Shown piece by piece: positions 12,008 to 24,864 of a DNA stretch of 64,000 bases; position 1 is the stretch's first letter; each line of letters opens with the position of its first letter. The notes under the pieces were generated by a model. The model did no database searches and was not told the DNA's origin. It saw only the letters and a list, made by a program, of their open reading frames with translations. Location of the stretch: contig NC_088855.1 of the NCBI RefSeq assembly GCF_963853765.1, positions 11,284,001-11,348,000 on the forward strand, in the 5' to 3' direction. The translations under genes were made by a program, and so were the position numbers. This DNA is from Magallana gigas. Lineage: Eukaryota.

Positions 12008-13552
12008 ATGACGATTCGAATAAAGAGAAGACTTTCATTCATCATCAACTTTTTGTTGCTGAAACCCCTTAGTTTTGGAAATCCTACTGTTGAAGGAAAT
12101 TCGGACGGAAGTACGTCATCGGCTGTCTCCTTTGCCTGTGGTTTCGCGATTTTACTAATAACAATTGTATATTTTAGTGTGCAAGTTACGATGGAGAATT
12201 TTTCAAGCAACCCATTGTGGGGACTTATGTTATTCTTAATCGCCATAGGAATAATTGTCTCAGCTCTTCTGGTACAAACCGCATGCTGTCAGTCGAATGG
12301 CGTCATACAACGACAACAGTTAAAAGACAAATGTGTCGAACTAGAGATAAAGTTTCTTTGGTTTTCCGGGCTAGGGGTCATTCTACAAACTGGTCTATTT
12401 TTGGTGATTGGTTTCGAATGCATTAAATATTCATCAGACTCTTGGGATTTATGCAAGATCATCTCCTTATTCCTAAAGATTGTGTTTTTTTTAATCCAAA
12501 TGAGTTTTATTACATTTTCAAGGAACACGCGTTTGCTTGGTGGTATATTTATTAATTACTTGATTGGGGTGCTACTTCTGGCAAACACCAGTATATGGGT
12601 CAATTTTTTCACATTTAGTGTAGTTTATATCTATGATTTTTTTAACATTACAATTTCACTCACAAATTCATCTGCTTTGAATGACTGTTATTATCACTCT
12701 AAAACGCAAAAGATATCCAGACATCTAAGTTCTTTTAGTCTCAGCGTAAGCATGCTGTTTCTTTTGTTATCATCTATGTTTCTTATTCGTCTGTGGCCAT
12801 CCATTCAAAACGCATCAAAAATGAGCAACCGTATGACTTTGAATAAATGCACAGTATCGAATACCAGTAGTGAACAACCCAACGCCAACAATCGAGCTTC
12901 GAAGAGTCGTAGGATAGTCCGAATTATTTCATTTTGGGGGAGTTTCTTAATCAATTTTCCGTTTTTCACGATGGCTTTATTGATGAGGTATGTGTACACT
13001 GATGATATCAATACTGTTAAAGTGTTTTGGGACTTATTTGTTATTTTTTGTGTAACTGTCATGGTGCTGATCATTGTTTTTGGAATCCAAAACCTTAATT
13101 TAAATTGTATAGAAAAGAGACCTTTTTCAACATGGGAATTCATTTTCCTGGTATCTATGGCTAGCAAAGTTGTCATGAGCATCCTTGGATGTACTTCAAT
13201 CTTTATTTGTCTTGTTGATAAACCAGTCACAATCTTTACAAAAAACCTATTGGATTTAATCTTGACATTGTATCACAGTGTTTACATCATAGTTGCTCGA
13301 CGCACGCCTCAGTTCGAGTTTGACAAATCGATCGCAAATCTTTCAATCCATGTAATTCTATTTTGTTCCTGTCTTGGGCGTTGGTTTCTGCAAACGTTTA
13401 TTCTTAGTTCTGAGGGAATGCACATATTTGAAGAAGGTAAACAGTGTTTGTTTACCGATCGAAGATCTTGGCACACTACACAATTTGTCTTGATACCTCT
13501 GAATGCTTTTTATGATTTCCAATCATTTGTATTTTATTACGGTAAAATATGA
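12008..13552 (+). CDS. Otopetrin-like protein, copy D (derived FYD type)
   Basis: Intact single-exon ORF (open from 11918). An acceptor ctttag at 12002-12003 precedes ATG 12008. Motifs: CVELEIKFLW, LIQMSFI, LANTSIW, SMLFLLLSS, YHSVYII, CLGRWF, PLNAFYDFQSF. Confidence 0.88.
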   Translation: MTIRIKRRLSFIINFLLLKPLSFGNPTVEGNSDGSTSSAVSFACGFAILLITIVYFSVQVTMENFSSNPLWGLMLFLIAIGIIVSALLVQTACCQSNGVIQRQQLKDKCVELEIKFLWFSGLGVILQTGLFLVIGFECIKYSSDSWDLCKIISLFLKIVFFLIQMSFITFSRNTRLLGGIFINYLIGVLLLANTSIWVNFFTFSVVYIYDFFNITISLTNSSALNDCYYHSKTQKISRHLSSFSLSVSMLFLLLSSMFLIRLWPSIQNASKMSNRMTLNKCTVSNTSSEQPNANNRASKSRRIVRIISFWGSFLINFPFFTMALLMRYVYTDDINTVKVFWDLFVIFCVTVMVLIIVFGIQNLNLNCIEKRPFSTWEFIFLVSMASKVVMSILGCTSIFICLVDKPVTIFTKNLLDLILTLYHSVYIIVARRTPQFEFDKSIANLSIHVILFCSCLGRWFLQTFILSSEGMHIFEEGKQCLFTDRRSWHTTQFVLIPLNAFYDFQSFVFYYGKI

Positions 13553-13788
13553 TAATAATGTTATTCATAAAAAAGGTAAAAGTTTTCTGCATATTTATGT
13601 TTTTTGCAAAAAGAGTAATCACGTTATGGACTACTAACAGATAAAGAAAATAGCACATCTGCATAAATAATTTTTTTTTATCACAGACAAGAATACTGCA
13701 AAAGGTGACATTGTATATAACATAATGCTTTGAACCTGAAACACAAACTCATCTCAGTTGAGAAATTTATTTGCTTTGCACCAAAATG

Positions 13789-13990
13789 CTGTAAACAGGG
13801 TTATTTTCACCCCGTGTTATATTTGACCTTCTACACTGCAAACAGTTTCGCCCCGTCTTGAATTCGATGAGGCGTTTATTTTTAAAAATGGATAATATGA
13901 GATATTTGAGTTCGCCAAGTCTTAAATTCGTTCTCCAATAACGACAAAAGGGTCTAATATAAAACGGGCAAATATTTACCTATATACAGT
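13789..13990. mobile_element. Short Tc1/mariner-type MITE
   Basis: Ends CTGTAAACAGGG.. and ..CCTATATACAG are imperfect inverted repeats, with TA at the right end. Confidence 0.5.
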
Positions 13991-15359
13991 AACGTTTATT
14001 GTATCATGTTTTTTACTTAATGATGCTAGCTTTCTCAAAAACTTTATTGAAAATATTTTGTCAGTCGAATGTTATGAGCAAAGAAAAGTGATGTATTGCA
14101 TATTAAGCATAATATTTATATTTGATGCCTTGTTGTGGACGGTCAAGGCAAACAATAAAACTGTTTTGGTGTCCCCACTTTGTCATAGAATCTTTATATC
14201 CTGACAATATTTAAGACTTTTCATCGAAAGGGTTGTGGCCTTTGAGCTAACTTAAGGATTTTGTGGGAGGATTGAACATTGAAGATTTACGAATAAAACT
14301 TGTATTTTCAGACATAATTTTACATTGTTTATAATTTGAATTTTCAAACTTAAAATTGAAAACGTTGTCCTACAATTTATGTCCGCGATTGCTATGTTAG
14401 CATTGGAAGTAAAATAGATGCATTGTACTGAAATATTTTTTTGTTTATATTGTTCCCATATGCATGCATCTTAGTTGTAATTGTAAAGTGCATATACATT
14501 ACACATTTTAAACGTTCAAATATTAGGGAAAAAGTCAGATCGTGCGATAATTGTTCTTTTAATAATGATGGATGTGTCATTATTGTGACTGGGAATGGAA
14601 ATGATTTCTGGGAAATTAAAAAAAGCTGAAATTTCTTATAACACGAAGAAAAAAACTCACAAAAAACAATATCTTTCTGTGGAGCAACATTGCTTAATAA
14701 CGGACTGATAAAGATACGACTTTTTAAGACGTGGGAGGTTTTTAAAAAATGAAAATATCTTCACACTTGAGACAATGATGTATTTAAGGAACGAAATTAT
14801 TTAATGTTTGAGCTTGTAATGGATCTGACTTGTCCCCTAGTAAATACACTTCCTGGTAATTTAGGAATAGGATAATATTTCCTGGTTAATTAGTCGTGGA
14901 AATGACAACATATTTTTTAGAATTAAACATTGCGCGAGCACATGCTTATTGTTTGTACGAAATAAATGTATGCTAATTAAGGTCATGTGACGGAAACATT
15001 CATACAATTAAATAATTCCTTGACTTAACATTTGCACACATATTCACTCATGAAAAAAAGTGAAGAATTTATGTGTGAACTTCTTTCATATATTTATAAC
15101 GAAACGATACCCATCTCACGTGCTTGTGTTTGATGCTTAATAAAATGGCAAAAATAAAAACAACTTGATTTTAAAAAAACAAAAACTTGTCAACGACCAA
15201 ACTTAGATACACAAAAATAGATATGGTAAAATAAATGGAACTATCTCGAGTAAAACAATTTGGAGGTAGCTTTACCAAGATACCACGATGCCTCTGGAAT
15301 ACGCTCAAACGAATAATACAGATCGAACGCCAGTCAGTGGAAGGAGGAGAGGGATCAAA

Positions 15360-16423
15360 CAGAGATGTGGTAATAGTAATCAGTAATCGTAATCAGTAAT
15401 CGTAATCAGCCGTAATCGATTACAGGCTACCGAAAAATCATAAGCAATCTATAATCATCTATTATTCTGATTACAAGTAATCGTAATATCATCGATAACT
15501 TTGAAAAAGTACATGTAATCCTAATTAATATTTGATTAATTTGATGATTACAATAGTAATATTATTTTGCTTCAAACCATAATTTATAAAGGAAATTGAA
15601 GGGAATAGAGTTCAACCTTAGATATTGTCTCAGTAAGGAATTAATAGGAATTTTTTTTTTGCATTTAATAATACAGTTGTGTTTTAAGTTAGCTGGGTAC
15701 CGTAAAAACAACACATTTATCAAAGCATGCTTTTTCAACCATTGTGTTAATTGTAGTAAAACAAATACCAATTTGTAATCTAAGTTGAACACAGTCACTT
15801 AAACGTAAACGGTTTCATTTATGTTATTAAAAATGTGTCTTACTGTAAATTCCTAATTAAACGTGAGGAATTAATATCCGCGTAAAATTGCGAGAAATTC
15901 GTCTTGCAAATTTTAAAATCTCGCTTTTGATATTCGAGCATATCTAATTTACATGGAACTATAATAAAATTTCGACACTCGCGCTTTTATGTTCTTGCGA
16001 GTTGATGGAAATTTTAGTAGAAAGAGATATTTACGCAACTCAAAAAGATGGTAAGAAACAAAACATATCAAATGTCAATGGACACATACATACAAAAACT
16101 TCCTCAAAATGTTAAAGATAATACAGTGTATTGAAAAAAGTTTTTAAAAAATGATAGTTTTATATCAGATATATTACTTTGGTCAAAAATTGATTCTTCC
16201 TTTCCTAAATGTTAAACATTAAAACTTAGAAAATACGGGGGAACCCAGAATACTGGTAAAGTATTCTAAAGTAATCACAAGTAATCATGTTTTCAGGGAG
16301 GAAAAGTAATCAAAAGTAATTGGTCACTTCTTGAATTGATGTAATCAGCTTGCTATCCATAACTTTTAAAATCCAACTTGTTATTTAATTGATTACTCTT
16401 GAAAGTAATCGACTCCATCCCTG
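15360..16423. mobile_element. GTAATC/GATTAC-rich MITE-like element with a probable nested element near 15841-16040
   Basis: GTAATC and GATTAC motifs cluster at both ends. The termini CAGAGATG.. and ..CCATCCCTG are imperfect inverted repeats. Confidence 0.45.
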
Positions 16424-18429
16424 GGGTCAAAATACGTGTCCTTCTAAATTTACATTAAACAAAGATCACGTGATTAAAAGTAGTAAAGTTTGTAAATGTA
16501 AGATATAACTGAAAGTTGAGATAAGAGAAATCCGGAAAATTAAAACTGAAGATTAATGGTGGAGAGTTCAAATACATGTACCTAAAATTTATGTTTTACA
16601 TAAGACAAACAGTTATGTTAAATGTTCAGTCATTCATTCTTCACACAGGAAAAATGTAAGGAAACAAATTAGTTTTGGACGTATTTTGTATGATACCGAG
16701 TGGAAGGGAAGACATTTAAAACATAATTGTTGTATTTCTATTCCATGACCGATATATCACTAACATAGCAACGAAGCCTTAAAATTTGACAGTTTTATTC
16801 AAAGTACTGCACATACCTTACGAAAAGTCTTTCTGATGGTAAGGAATGAGAAAAATTGGACCAAGGGAAGAGAATATACATTGTAGGGCCCGGAAAAGGA
16901 TTTCATACTTAGGTATGCTATAATCTTAAACTTTTTTCCATGTTACTTCATACCCGTACCCTTCCTTCTAAGAAGGCTCTGTGTGGGTGAAATATGAAAC
17001 ACATTAATTGGGCTTACGAGAATGAAAATTCGCTCCATACAAGTCATGTCGAACAGACAGAAAGACAAACCGATGGACGGACAGACAGTCAGACTCATCC
17101 CTACTTTGATCATTTTCAAAATTTTATTCTCTCTTAACGCTACATATGCGAAAACGATATGACAAGAAGTTTAAATAACAAATGTTTAAATGCGTAGAAA
17201 TGCAACTCAGATGTCCAAATGCGACTGTCACATTGAATAAAACTAACTCCTTTAAAACATTACAAAAATATTGTTGTAATAATTTGAATACCCTATTTTA
17301 GAAAAAAAAACCTCCAGAAATTGATATTGAAAATTGTGTTTAAAGAGTTTAAGTTCTCAGAAATCGTTTTGACAAGATATATATATATATATATATAAGT
17401 ATTTCAATTTGTTGAATTGAAGAAAACACGAGTGTATGTCCTCATAAAAGGAAATTCCAATTTGATGTAATCTACTCAGGACTATCAAATAAACTCTTTA
17501 TTTTATATAACAAAATAGATATAATAATTCAACTTACACACTGTAAACAAGAAAAAATAAAATAGTTTAGTAAATCATGTTATAGATACTTAATTTTTTT
17601 TTTAATTTTACTTAGATTTTCCGTTTATCCTTAGGATCATTTTTAATGTAAGTGGTAAAACTGTAATTTCTTATTGTTTCAAGCGTTTATTCATTCGCTT
17701 ATTTATATTAAGCGAGGCTCATAAGCTGAAATCAGTAACAAGATCATTCTGCTGAGCAGTATTAAACTGAATGAGATTTATTTTTGAATAAATAAGTACA
17801 CATGTATCAATATTTTCGTAAATATCTTAGGACTATTATCATTCTTAGTTTTTTTCTCATCTTCTCATGTTCTTTCATATTTTGTATATATACTTTTTAA
17901 CCCAAAAGCAATTTTCTGTTGCAATTCTTAAATTCACTAACTTTTTTCTTTTTCACCTTTAAAATATTAATTTTTAGAAATTAACGAGAGAACTTTGAAG
18001 AAAGTTACGATGAATGAAGTACATAATTATACCAATCATGCTAAGCACGAAAACGACGATTTAAGATTGTTTAAAACGTGTATTTTAATATTAGTTTAGA
18101 CAAAGTAATTTTAAATTGACTATATGGTTAATGCAATTATTTTCCTTCTAAAATTCCTTTGTATATATCCTTGTATTCTTTATTGGAACGCAAGAACACA
18201 TTTAGTGAACATAACAACGTTCAATTTATCTTAAAATGTAATTAAAGTTTACTAAATTCGTTTGTGTGGTTTACGATTTCATTCAAATCTAAATTAATAC
18301 TAAGGCATTGAGGGACCTAGAACAATATTACTTGAAATAGTATACTGAATGCATGTACATTGCACCTTAAGCAGAAGCGGGTCTGTACGTGTCTAAATAT
18401 TTTTTATCTTTGTAAAACAGTCAAACAAG

Positions 18430-19956
18430 ATGGGAGAGTTCTTGAAGAAAACTCTTCTGCTGGTACTACGTACACCATTGGTTGCTGGCAATCCAACAAG
18501 CGAGGCGGCTTGTAGACGAGACACAGACGGGAGCACTTCGGTGACAGTGCTGGTAGCAGTCACCTTTCCTATGACTATAGTTTTGTTTTTCATGCTAACA
18601 TGGTACAAGGGAGATAGTGAAACATTGTACAACCTACATTGGGCTAGCAGAGCACCATTCATGTCGATTGCTGTTATTAGTCTGACTGGGTTTTTTGTAG
18701 TTGTATTGAAAAATAAAAAATATTGGATGAAAGACAACTTAGAATGGAAGCAAAATCGATCTGCTGTCATCCAGTTGGGATTTTTATGGATATTCGGAAT
18801 AGCAATGATCTTCCAAAGTTGTTTAAAAATCATCGCCACGGGAGAATGCATTACAAGTGTTCATAGTGTCGCTTTTGGTTACACTGGACGACTTTTTTCA
18901 TTAACTGCAAAAACTGCATACTTACTATTCCAACTAGTGTTCCTGTCGTGCAATTTTGGAAAGCACTTCATAAAAAACACAATATATATTAACTTCACAT
19001 TTGGTGGTTTGTTGTTTGCTAATGGAGTTATTTGGCTGGAATATGTGTCTGAAAGGTCGGTGCACTTGTTTATGTATGAGAACAGTACGAAGCTTAACCA
19101 TACATGGTTGTGCTACTCCCATTCCACGGGCCACCAAATTAGCCAGACCATGTATGCTTACATGGTTCCTGTAACAGCGGAATACATTTTAGTAGCCACA
19201 TTGTTTATAGTTAATATGTTTCCAAAGAAAAAGAATACTGAACATTCTTCAGAAAACAGTCATTACTATAGTGAGGAGAATGAATCTCGACCAAATATGA
19301 ACATGAAAACTATAAAAAATATGGGATACTTGATTAGTATTTTTGTCCATGTTCCTTTGTTCGTTTTAGCAATATTGGTTCGTTTTGTATATGTGCATAA
19401 TACAGATAGTATCCTGGCTTTGTGGGAGACCTTAGCAACAATACAAAAGCTATTCATGCTTATTTTAAATTTCGTTGGGTTTTCTTTCCTTGAACCCCGA
19501 AAATATAGTTCTTGGATGTTTTCTTCTAATGATTATATACTCTTGTGTTGTATGGTTGCAAAGCTAGTATGTATACTTCCTGTCATTCTTTCCATTTTGA
19601 ACTGTAATATATTAAATCAAAGAACTTTACTTTTGTCCAATAATATGTTATATCTTCTCCAAGTATTTTATTTTACTATTTATATCCTTATGTCTAGCCG
19701 CCCGATGTGCGTGCATAACAGGCATAGATCTCGCGTTTCAACATTTATCCAGTCTGCGTTTTTTGTAATTACGACCGGTAGGTGGGGAGTAGAATCATTT
19801 TTTCTCTCAGAAAAAGGAACTGATATTATAACAGATAAGACAATTTGTTTATTTAATGATAAACGAGATTGGACAATGATCCAATACGTGATAACACCAT
19901 TAAGTGCATCTTACGATTTTTTCTCTGCCATGATTTTGTACAGGTCGCTACATTAA
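18430..19956 (+). CDS. Otopetrin-like protein, copy E (TM6 Glu retained, TM12 SYD)
   Basis: Intact 508-aa single-exon ORF with an acceptor cag at 18418-18420 just upstream. Motifs: IQLGFLWIFG, LFQLVFL, FANGVIW, VPVTAEYILVA, TTGRWG, PLSASYDFFSA. Confidence 0.88.
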   Translation: MGEFLKKTLLLVLRTPLVAGNPTSEAACRRDTDGSTSVTVLVAVTFPMTIVLFFMLTWYKGDSETLYNLHWASRAPFMSIAVISLTGFFVVVLKNKKYWMKDNLEWKQNRSAVIQLGFLWIFGIAMIFQSCLKIIATGECITSVHSVAFGYTGRLFSLTAKTAYLLFQLVFLSCNFGKHFIKNTIYINFTFGGLLFANGVIWLEYVSERSVHLFMYENSTKLNHTWLCYSHSTGHQISQTMYAYMVPVTAEYILVATLFIVNMFPKKKNTEHSSENSHYYSEENESRPNMNMKTIKNMGYLISIFVHVPLFVLAILVRFVYVHNTDSILALWETLATIQKLFMLILNFVGFSFLEPRKYSSWMFSSNDYILLCCMVAKLVCILPVILSILNCNILNQRTLLLSNNMLYLLQVFYFTIYILMSSRPMCVHNRHRSRVSTFIQSAFFVITTGRWGVESFFLSEKGTDIITDKTICLFNDKRDWTMIQYVITPLSASYDFFSAMILYRSLH

Positions 19957-20199
19957 ATATGTTTGACATTTTTGTTAAAATGTTAATAAATTACTTTGGC
20001 TATAATATAATTTTTTTGTCTTTCACCTGCAAATACACATAGTTGCTACTGACAAGCAACATTTTTTTTCAAGAGTATTATTGTGAAGACAGTCATTAAA
20101 CGATAAAGACTTATAACATAACAAATGTTCTACCAGTTATCTCTTATTAAACTTTGCTTAATAAGAGACTAAGTGTTGTATCTCTTAACAAAACAGATA

Positions 20200-20361
20200 T
20201 ACAGTAAAACACGCTAACAACGAAGTGCCAGGGACAGGCGATTTTTCTTCTTTATAAGCGTAATTTGTTACAACATGTAATAAAGTCACAGGGAATGAAA
20301 TCACTTTGCTATAAGCGTCAATTCGTTATAAGCATGTTCGCTAAAACCGTGTTATACTGTA
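20200..20361. mobile_element. Short Tc1/mariner-type MITE
   Basis: TACAGTAAAACACG.. and ..CGTGTTATACTGTA inverted termini bounded by TA. Confidence 0.6.
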
Positions 20362-22013
20362 ACATTTTCTAAACATCATACACAAGTAGATAATAAAAAG
20401 AAGTTTAACTTCAATTCTTGTTTGTTTTATTTTAATTTTGTGCTTTTCATAATTCTAAATGTATAAGACATAAAGTAATAAATTTCCGAGTCATTTAAGT
20501 TTGCTAGAAAGGACAATATCTTTATATAATGTAAAGAGAAAAATTGAATATTTGTAAGTTGTAAAGCAATATGTAAGCAATTTAACATCATTTTCTAGTT
20601 GTTACCCTCCCATTGTTTACAATAACTCTACTGCATAGTTATTGTATATATTCCGCCATTAAACTAAAAAACATCGACATTCGTAAGGCTGCAAAGGGAC
20701 TGTATTAGAAAGACTGATCCTATCTGTTTAATTGTGTTTGAGAAATGGATACTCGTGAACTCGACAACTTTTCAAATTCTTTTGTTGAGTTACTTTATAT
20801 ACATATCATATTGTAACATTTTTATGACTATANNNNNNNNNNNNNNNNNNNNNNNNNNNNNNNNNNNNNNNNNNNNNNNNNNNNNNNNNNNNNNNNNNNN
20901 NNNNNNNNNNNNNNNNNNNNNNNNNNNNNNNNNNNNNNNNNNNNNNNNNNNNNNNNNNNNNNNNNNNNNNNNNNNNNNNNNNNNNNNNNNNNCGACACGA
21001 ACAATAGAAATAGACAATTTCTATTGTTCGTGTCCTTAGCCATTTTTAGTGCTTTTTATATTCAGTTTACTGGCTTAGTATCTATATATTAGATCCGACA
21101 CTTTAAAGATGCCTAGTGTTGTTGATTCTATTCAGTGCTTTATATATATATAAGAAGCACCAACAACACTCGTTATCTATAGTTTCGGATTAAAAGATAC
21201 ACGATTATAAGATGAGATATGAAAAAGCACTAAAAATAACCAACGACACGAACAATAAAGTAAAATATTGTCAAATTTTCGGGACAACCCGTCCCTTCTT
21301 CAGGACAACAAAATAAAAACTACATATGAAAGAAGAAAAACATCTACAAAACTAGCACTAAACTAAAACTAAATAATATATAAAAACTAAATAATGTATA
21401 AACACCGGATTTAAACGTGGCAGCTACATCTTTGTATTGAAGATTTCAAGCCCGAGAAAGAAAAATCCCGCCCGACGCAGCGAACGGTCTGTGAAGAAGT
21501 GCTGAAAGATAACACGAACGAATTAATTTGCTAATTGGGGGTTGCTGTTAACTTAGTTGTACTAGTAAGATAATTCGTAGTGAAGGTTTATAGGGAAGAT
21601 AGGCTCTGTAAAAGACCACATAAATATACATATGAGTGTAAAAACTAATGGGAGTTAAANNNNNNNNNNNNNNNNNNNNNNNNNNNNNNNNNNNNNNNNN
21701 NNNNNNNNNNNNNNNNNNNNNNNNNNNNNNNNNNNNNNNNNNNNNNNNNNNNNNNNNNNNNNNNNNNNNNNNNNNNNNNNNNNNNNNNNNNNCTATTTAT
21801 CAATTACCACTGAAGCATTTATTAAGTAATACATGAAAATAAGAAATAAGTATACAGTATTTGTGTAGGATGATACGTGAAAATATCATTAACCAATAAA
21901 AAAATCAAGACTCTAGAATTACTTCAGAAAATATAATCATTCAATAACTCAAAAAATATGTTTAATGTAACTATCTGATTAATAAGGAATCAATACTATC
22001 TTTAAGCAAGATT

Positions 22014-22125
22014 AGTGCCTGTTTGTGAGGGTAACTGTTGAAAATTAACACCCCCGAGAAAACCATTCTCAATCGACGCAAAGCGAGGGTGTCAATCTCA
22101 ACTGTTACTCTCCCAAACAGGCATT
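22014..22125. repeat. Palindromic short repeat element (hairpin MITE-like)
   Basis: Arms AGTGCCTGTTTGTGAGGGTAACTGTTGA and TCAACTGTTACTCTCCCAAACAGGCATT are imperfect reverse complements. Confidence 0.7.
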
Positions 22126-24658
22126 ACTTATTTGATTTTACTTTTAATTAAAAAAAAATTTTACTGCTGACGTGAATTCTATGGCGAACTGTAAGCGCAT
22201 AATTAACGCGCATGTAACAATTAGTTGTGTTACCCGTTGCCAAGTGTGTTGCTAACGCTGAGAGTAGTAGAACGGATTATAAACTGCGCCTACACCAATC
22301 AGAGTTCAGTATATAACATGGAACATTTATGATATGTAATATGTATGATATGTTACCAGTTCTTTTTACCACAGGCCATCCATAGAAATGTTCAATTTAA
22401 TATGACCAGAAGAATTCGCATTTTAGTTTTAAATGATTATTGCAGAAAAATAGATTATTGGACCTTAATTATTTTCTGATTAGACAAGAGATCTATCACA
22501 TTAAATTAAATCAGGTATGCAAAAGGCCACAGAAACCCTTATTACAGAAATATGTACTATAGGGCGAAATACAGAAATCCAAACCAACAAACCTTCTTTC
22601 TTCTTACATGCATCCCAACATTTTTTGACAATTTTACGTGACCTGATCCAGCCCAAGAATACATATAAGCTTAATAGCAAGCATCAAATCAAAAATTTGA
22701 TATAACATTCTTACTTCAGTCCAATTCAACTCAATTTAAAAAAAAAACCGATAGTATATATGTGCGAGATTACACGAAATTGTAATTTTACTAATTCGCC
22801 ACTCAAGAACTCATAAAAAATCAAAGTACTGAGAGTACTGAAAGACGGGGTCTTGAAAGTTTGAATTTGTAATTGTCCTGGATTTCCTCGAATATGCTTT
22901 CAAAATTTATGAGTTTGAATAAGTTGTTACAATCTATGTTAATTCTGCTTTTTTGCAATTGTCTGATACTTTGTCTAAATTTTACTCAATCCCGGCATTC
23001 ATAATTGTAGAAAATTGACACAACGGTATGTTATGTAAAATAAAATCCCAAGGAAATTTTTTTTAAAATTACTACTAACCGGGAAAATCAAACAACTATA
23101 TCAAAGTAAATAATTTTAATCATTAGATTTATTCAATTTTGTGATCCAAGGGAAAATCCACAAGTCGGACGGTATCCGTAATAAAAGTTTTATGAAAACT
23201 CCGAAAACTCTAAAACTGCTGAATTAACAAACAAAGTAAAACATTTTTATACCGATAACAAACACGGGCACCTGACGTTAGAAATATTTTTTTACCATAA
23301 GATTCCAAGAACTTTGACAATAAAAAGATTTGTCACGGTCGCCATTTTGATTTTTAAGACCGACTTATTTGACACGATTTTCTATATTTGCGATTCATGC
23401 AAAATTAATAGGTAAAATTAAATCCGTTCGCCACTTACTACTTTTTTGTGTAAACACGTGCATCACCTTCACGAATTACGGCACAATCGTTCCTTTCATT
23501 AAAAATCATACTCCGAAAATCAGAGACATAAATAACAGGATTGTCAACTCCGCCATTAGCGTGTACATTTTACGGGACCAACCTTACTTTGAGAACTACA
23601 AGTGCAACAGCAATCTTGGATAAGTCATTAAATTCTAACCTGATAGTGAACATGAACATGAACCTGTAAATATTTCAAGCATGTTTTATTAATGAAATAT
23701 TTACAAAAACTCTTTATTTAGCTTTGAAATTACTTTTTATAAAAGTTATTGACTTTTCACAAAGTAAAGGTAATGCATTACTTTACTCATGTAATGTTAA
23801 TGTAATGCATTACTTCAAGAAAATTAAGTAATGGTAAATTAATGCCCTAATTCATGAAGTAAATGGTAATGTAATGCATTATTTTACAATGTAAATTTTC
23901 ACCCCAAGCCTGATTCCATCTAAGTCGGAAAACATGAACATTAACATTTAACTTGGTTCTTCAATCGATAAGATTGTATATATTATATGATGTATAAGTC
24001 TTCCAAAATGTTTAATCTACTAAAGATTTTGCTTACAATACATTGTTTAAAATTTAAATTCAGTTTAATCAACTAAAGAGCCAACAAACGAGAAGGCAAA
24101 TTCAGTCTTGTTTTTATTTTCTTTGTACATGATTCCTTTAGAGACGAACAGAAGTCATACCGCAAGTAGACTGGAAGCCAATGAAACACCTATTTAATTT
24201 GTAAAACATCTGTGTATAACCCGTCCCGATTTTTACTTCGGCTTGCGCATGAAGCTTGGTAGTATTAAGGTGAAAGATTGTCAAAATAAAATTCACAACT
24301 TTTCAAAAATGGCACATTGCGTTTGGGAACTTTAATATCGATTCCACCACCAACCTCTTCTATTAATTAATGAGCTCTTACACCAACTGAATCGTCAACG
24401 GCGCTGTGCATTCAGTTACGTAACTCATTCCGCATTTGAACCCGAGCAAGAAAATTTTGATCAATAAAACTATTTGTTTATTTTCTAAATAGAATTATGT
24501 TTGTACACAGAGGACTTAAAAAGATTTAATGCGTGTTTTTATAATACATATTTACTGAAATGCATGAACACTTTCTGCACTATTTTCTTACGCGTGGACT
24601 CAATTCATGTGTTCTACGCGTGCCTTTCTGTTTGAGACTTCGGCTAACAGTAAACCAA

Positions 24659-24684
24659 TAGACGGGGTCACGTGACCCCGTCTA
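24659..24684. promoter_or_regulatory. Perfect 26-bp palindrome centred on GTCACGTGAC (E-box / CLEAR-like)
   Basis: TAGACGGGGTCACGTGACCCCGTCTA is its own reverse complement. CCAAT lies immediately upstream and GGAAGTG downstream. Regulatory function is not demonstrated. Confidence 0.35.
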
Positions 24685-24864
24685 AAAACGGGAAGTGCTC
24701 TGAGTTTTAAATCATGACGTTAACATCTGAATATGCTATATTTCTGTTTGGTTCTATACCAGTTATCGGCTAGGCCTAGTTATCAGCTACACCGTCAGCT
24801 TATTACATATTCAGTTATTAAATCGTCTGCTACTAATAAAGAAACGCACTTGGCATCCACAGAC

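Noticed and set aside
11857-12246. Antisense ORFs overlapping the otopetrin genes (e.g. 11857-12246, 12805-13230, 18393-18851, 32679-33353, 33609-33995, 40017-40469)
   Set aside because: These are shadow ORFs of hydrophobic sense codons. They resemble each other only because the sense genes are paralogs.
16830-17110. Possible pearl/Helentron-type remnant with GACGGACAGACAG microsatellite
   Set aside because: The boundaries and terminal hairpin could not be defined by eye.
20734-21836. ORFs spanning N-runs (also 49203-49562 and 50969-51325)
   Set aside because: They are artefacts of translating assembly gaps. Only the SAC1 exon 2 part of 51008-51325 is real.
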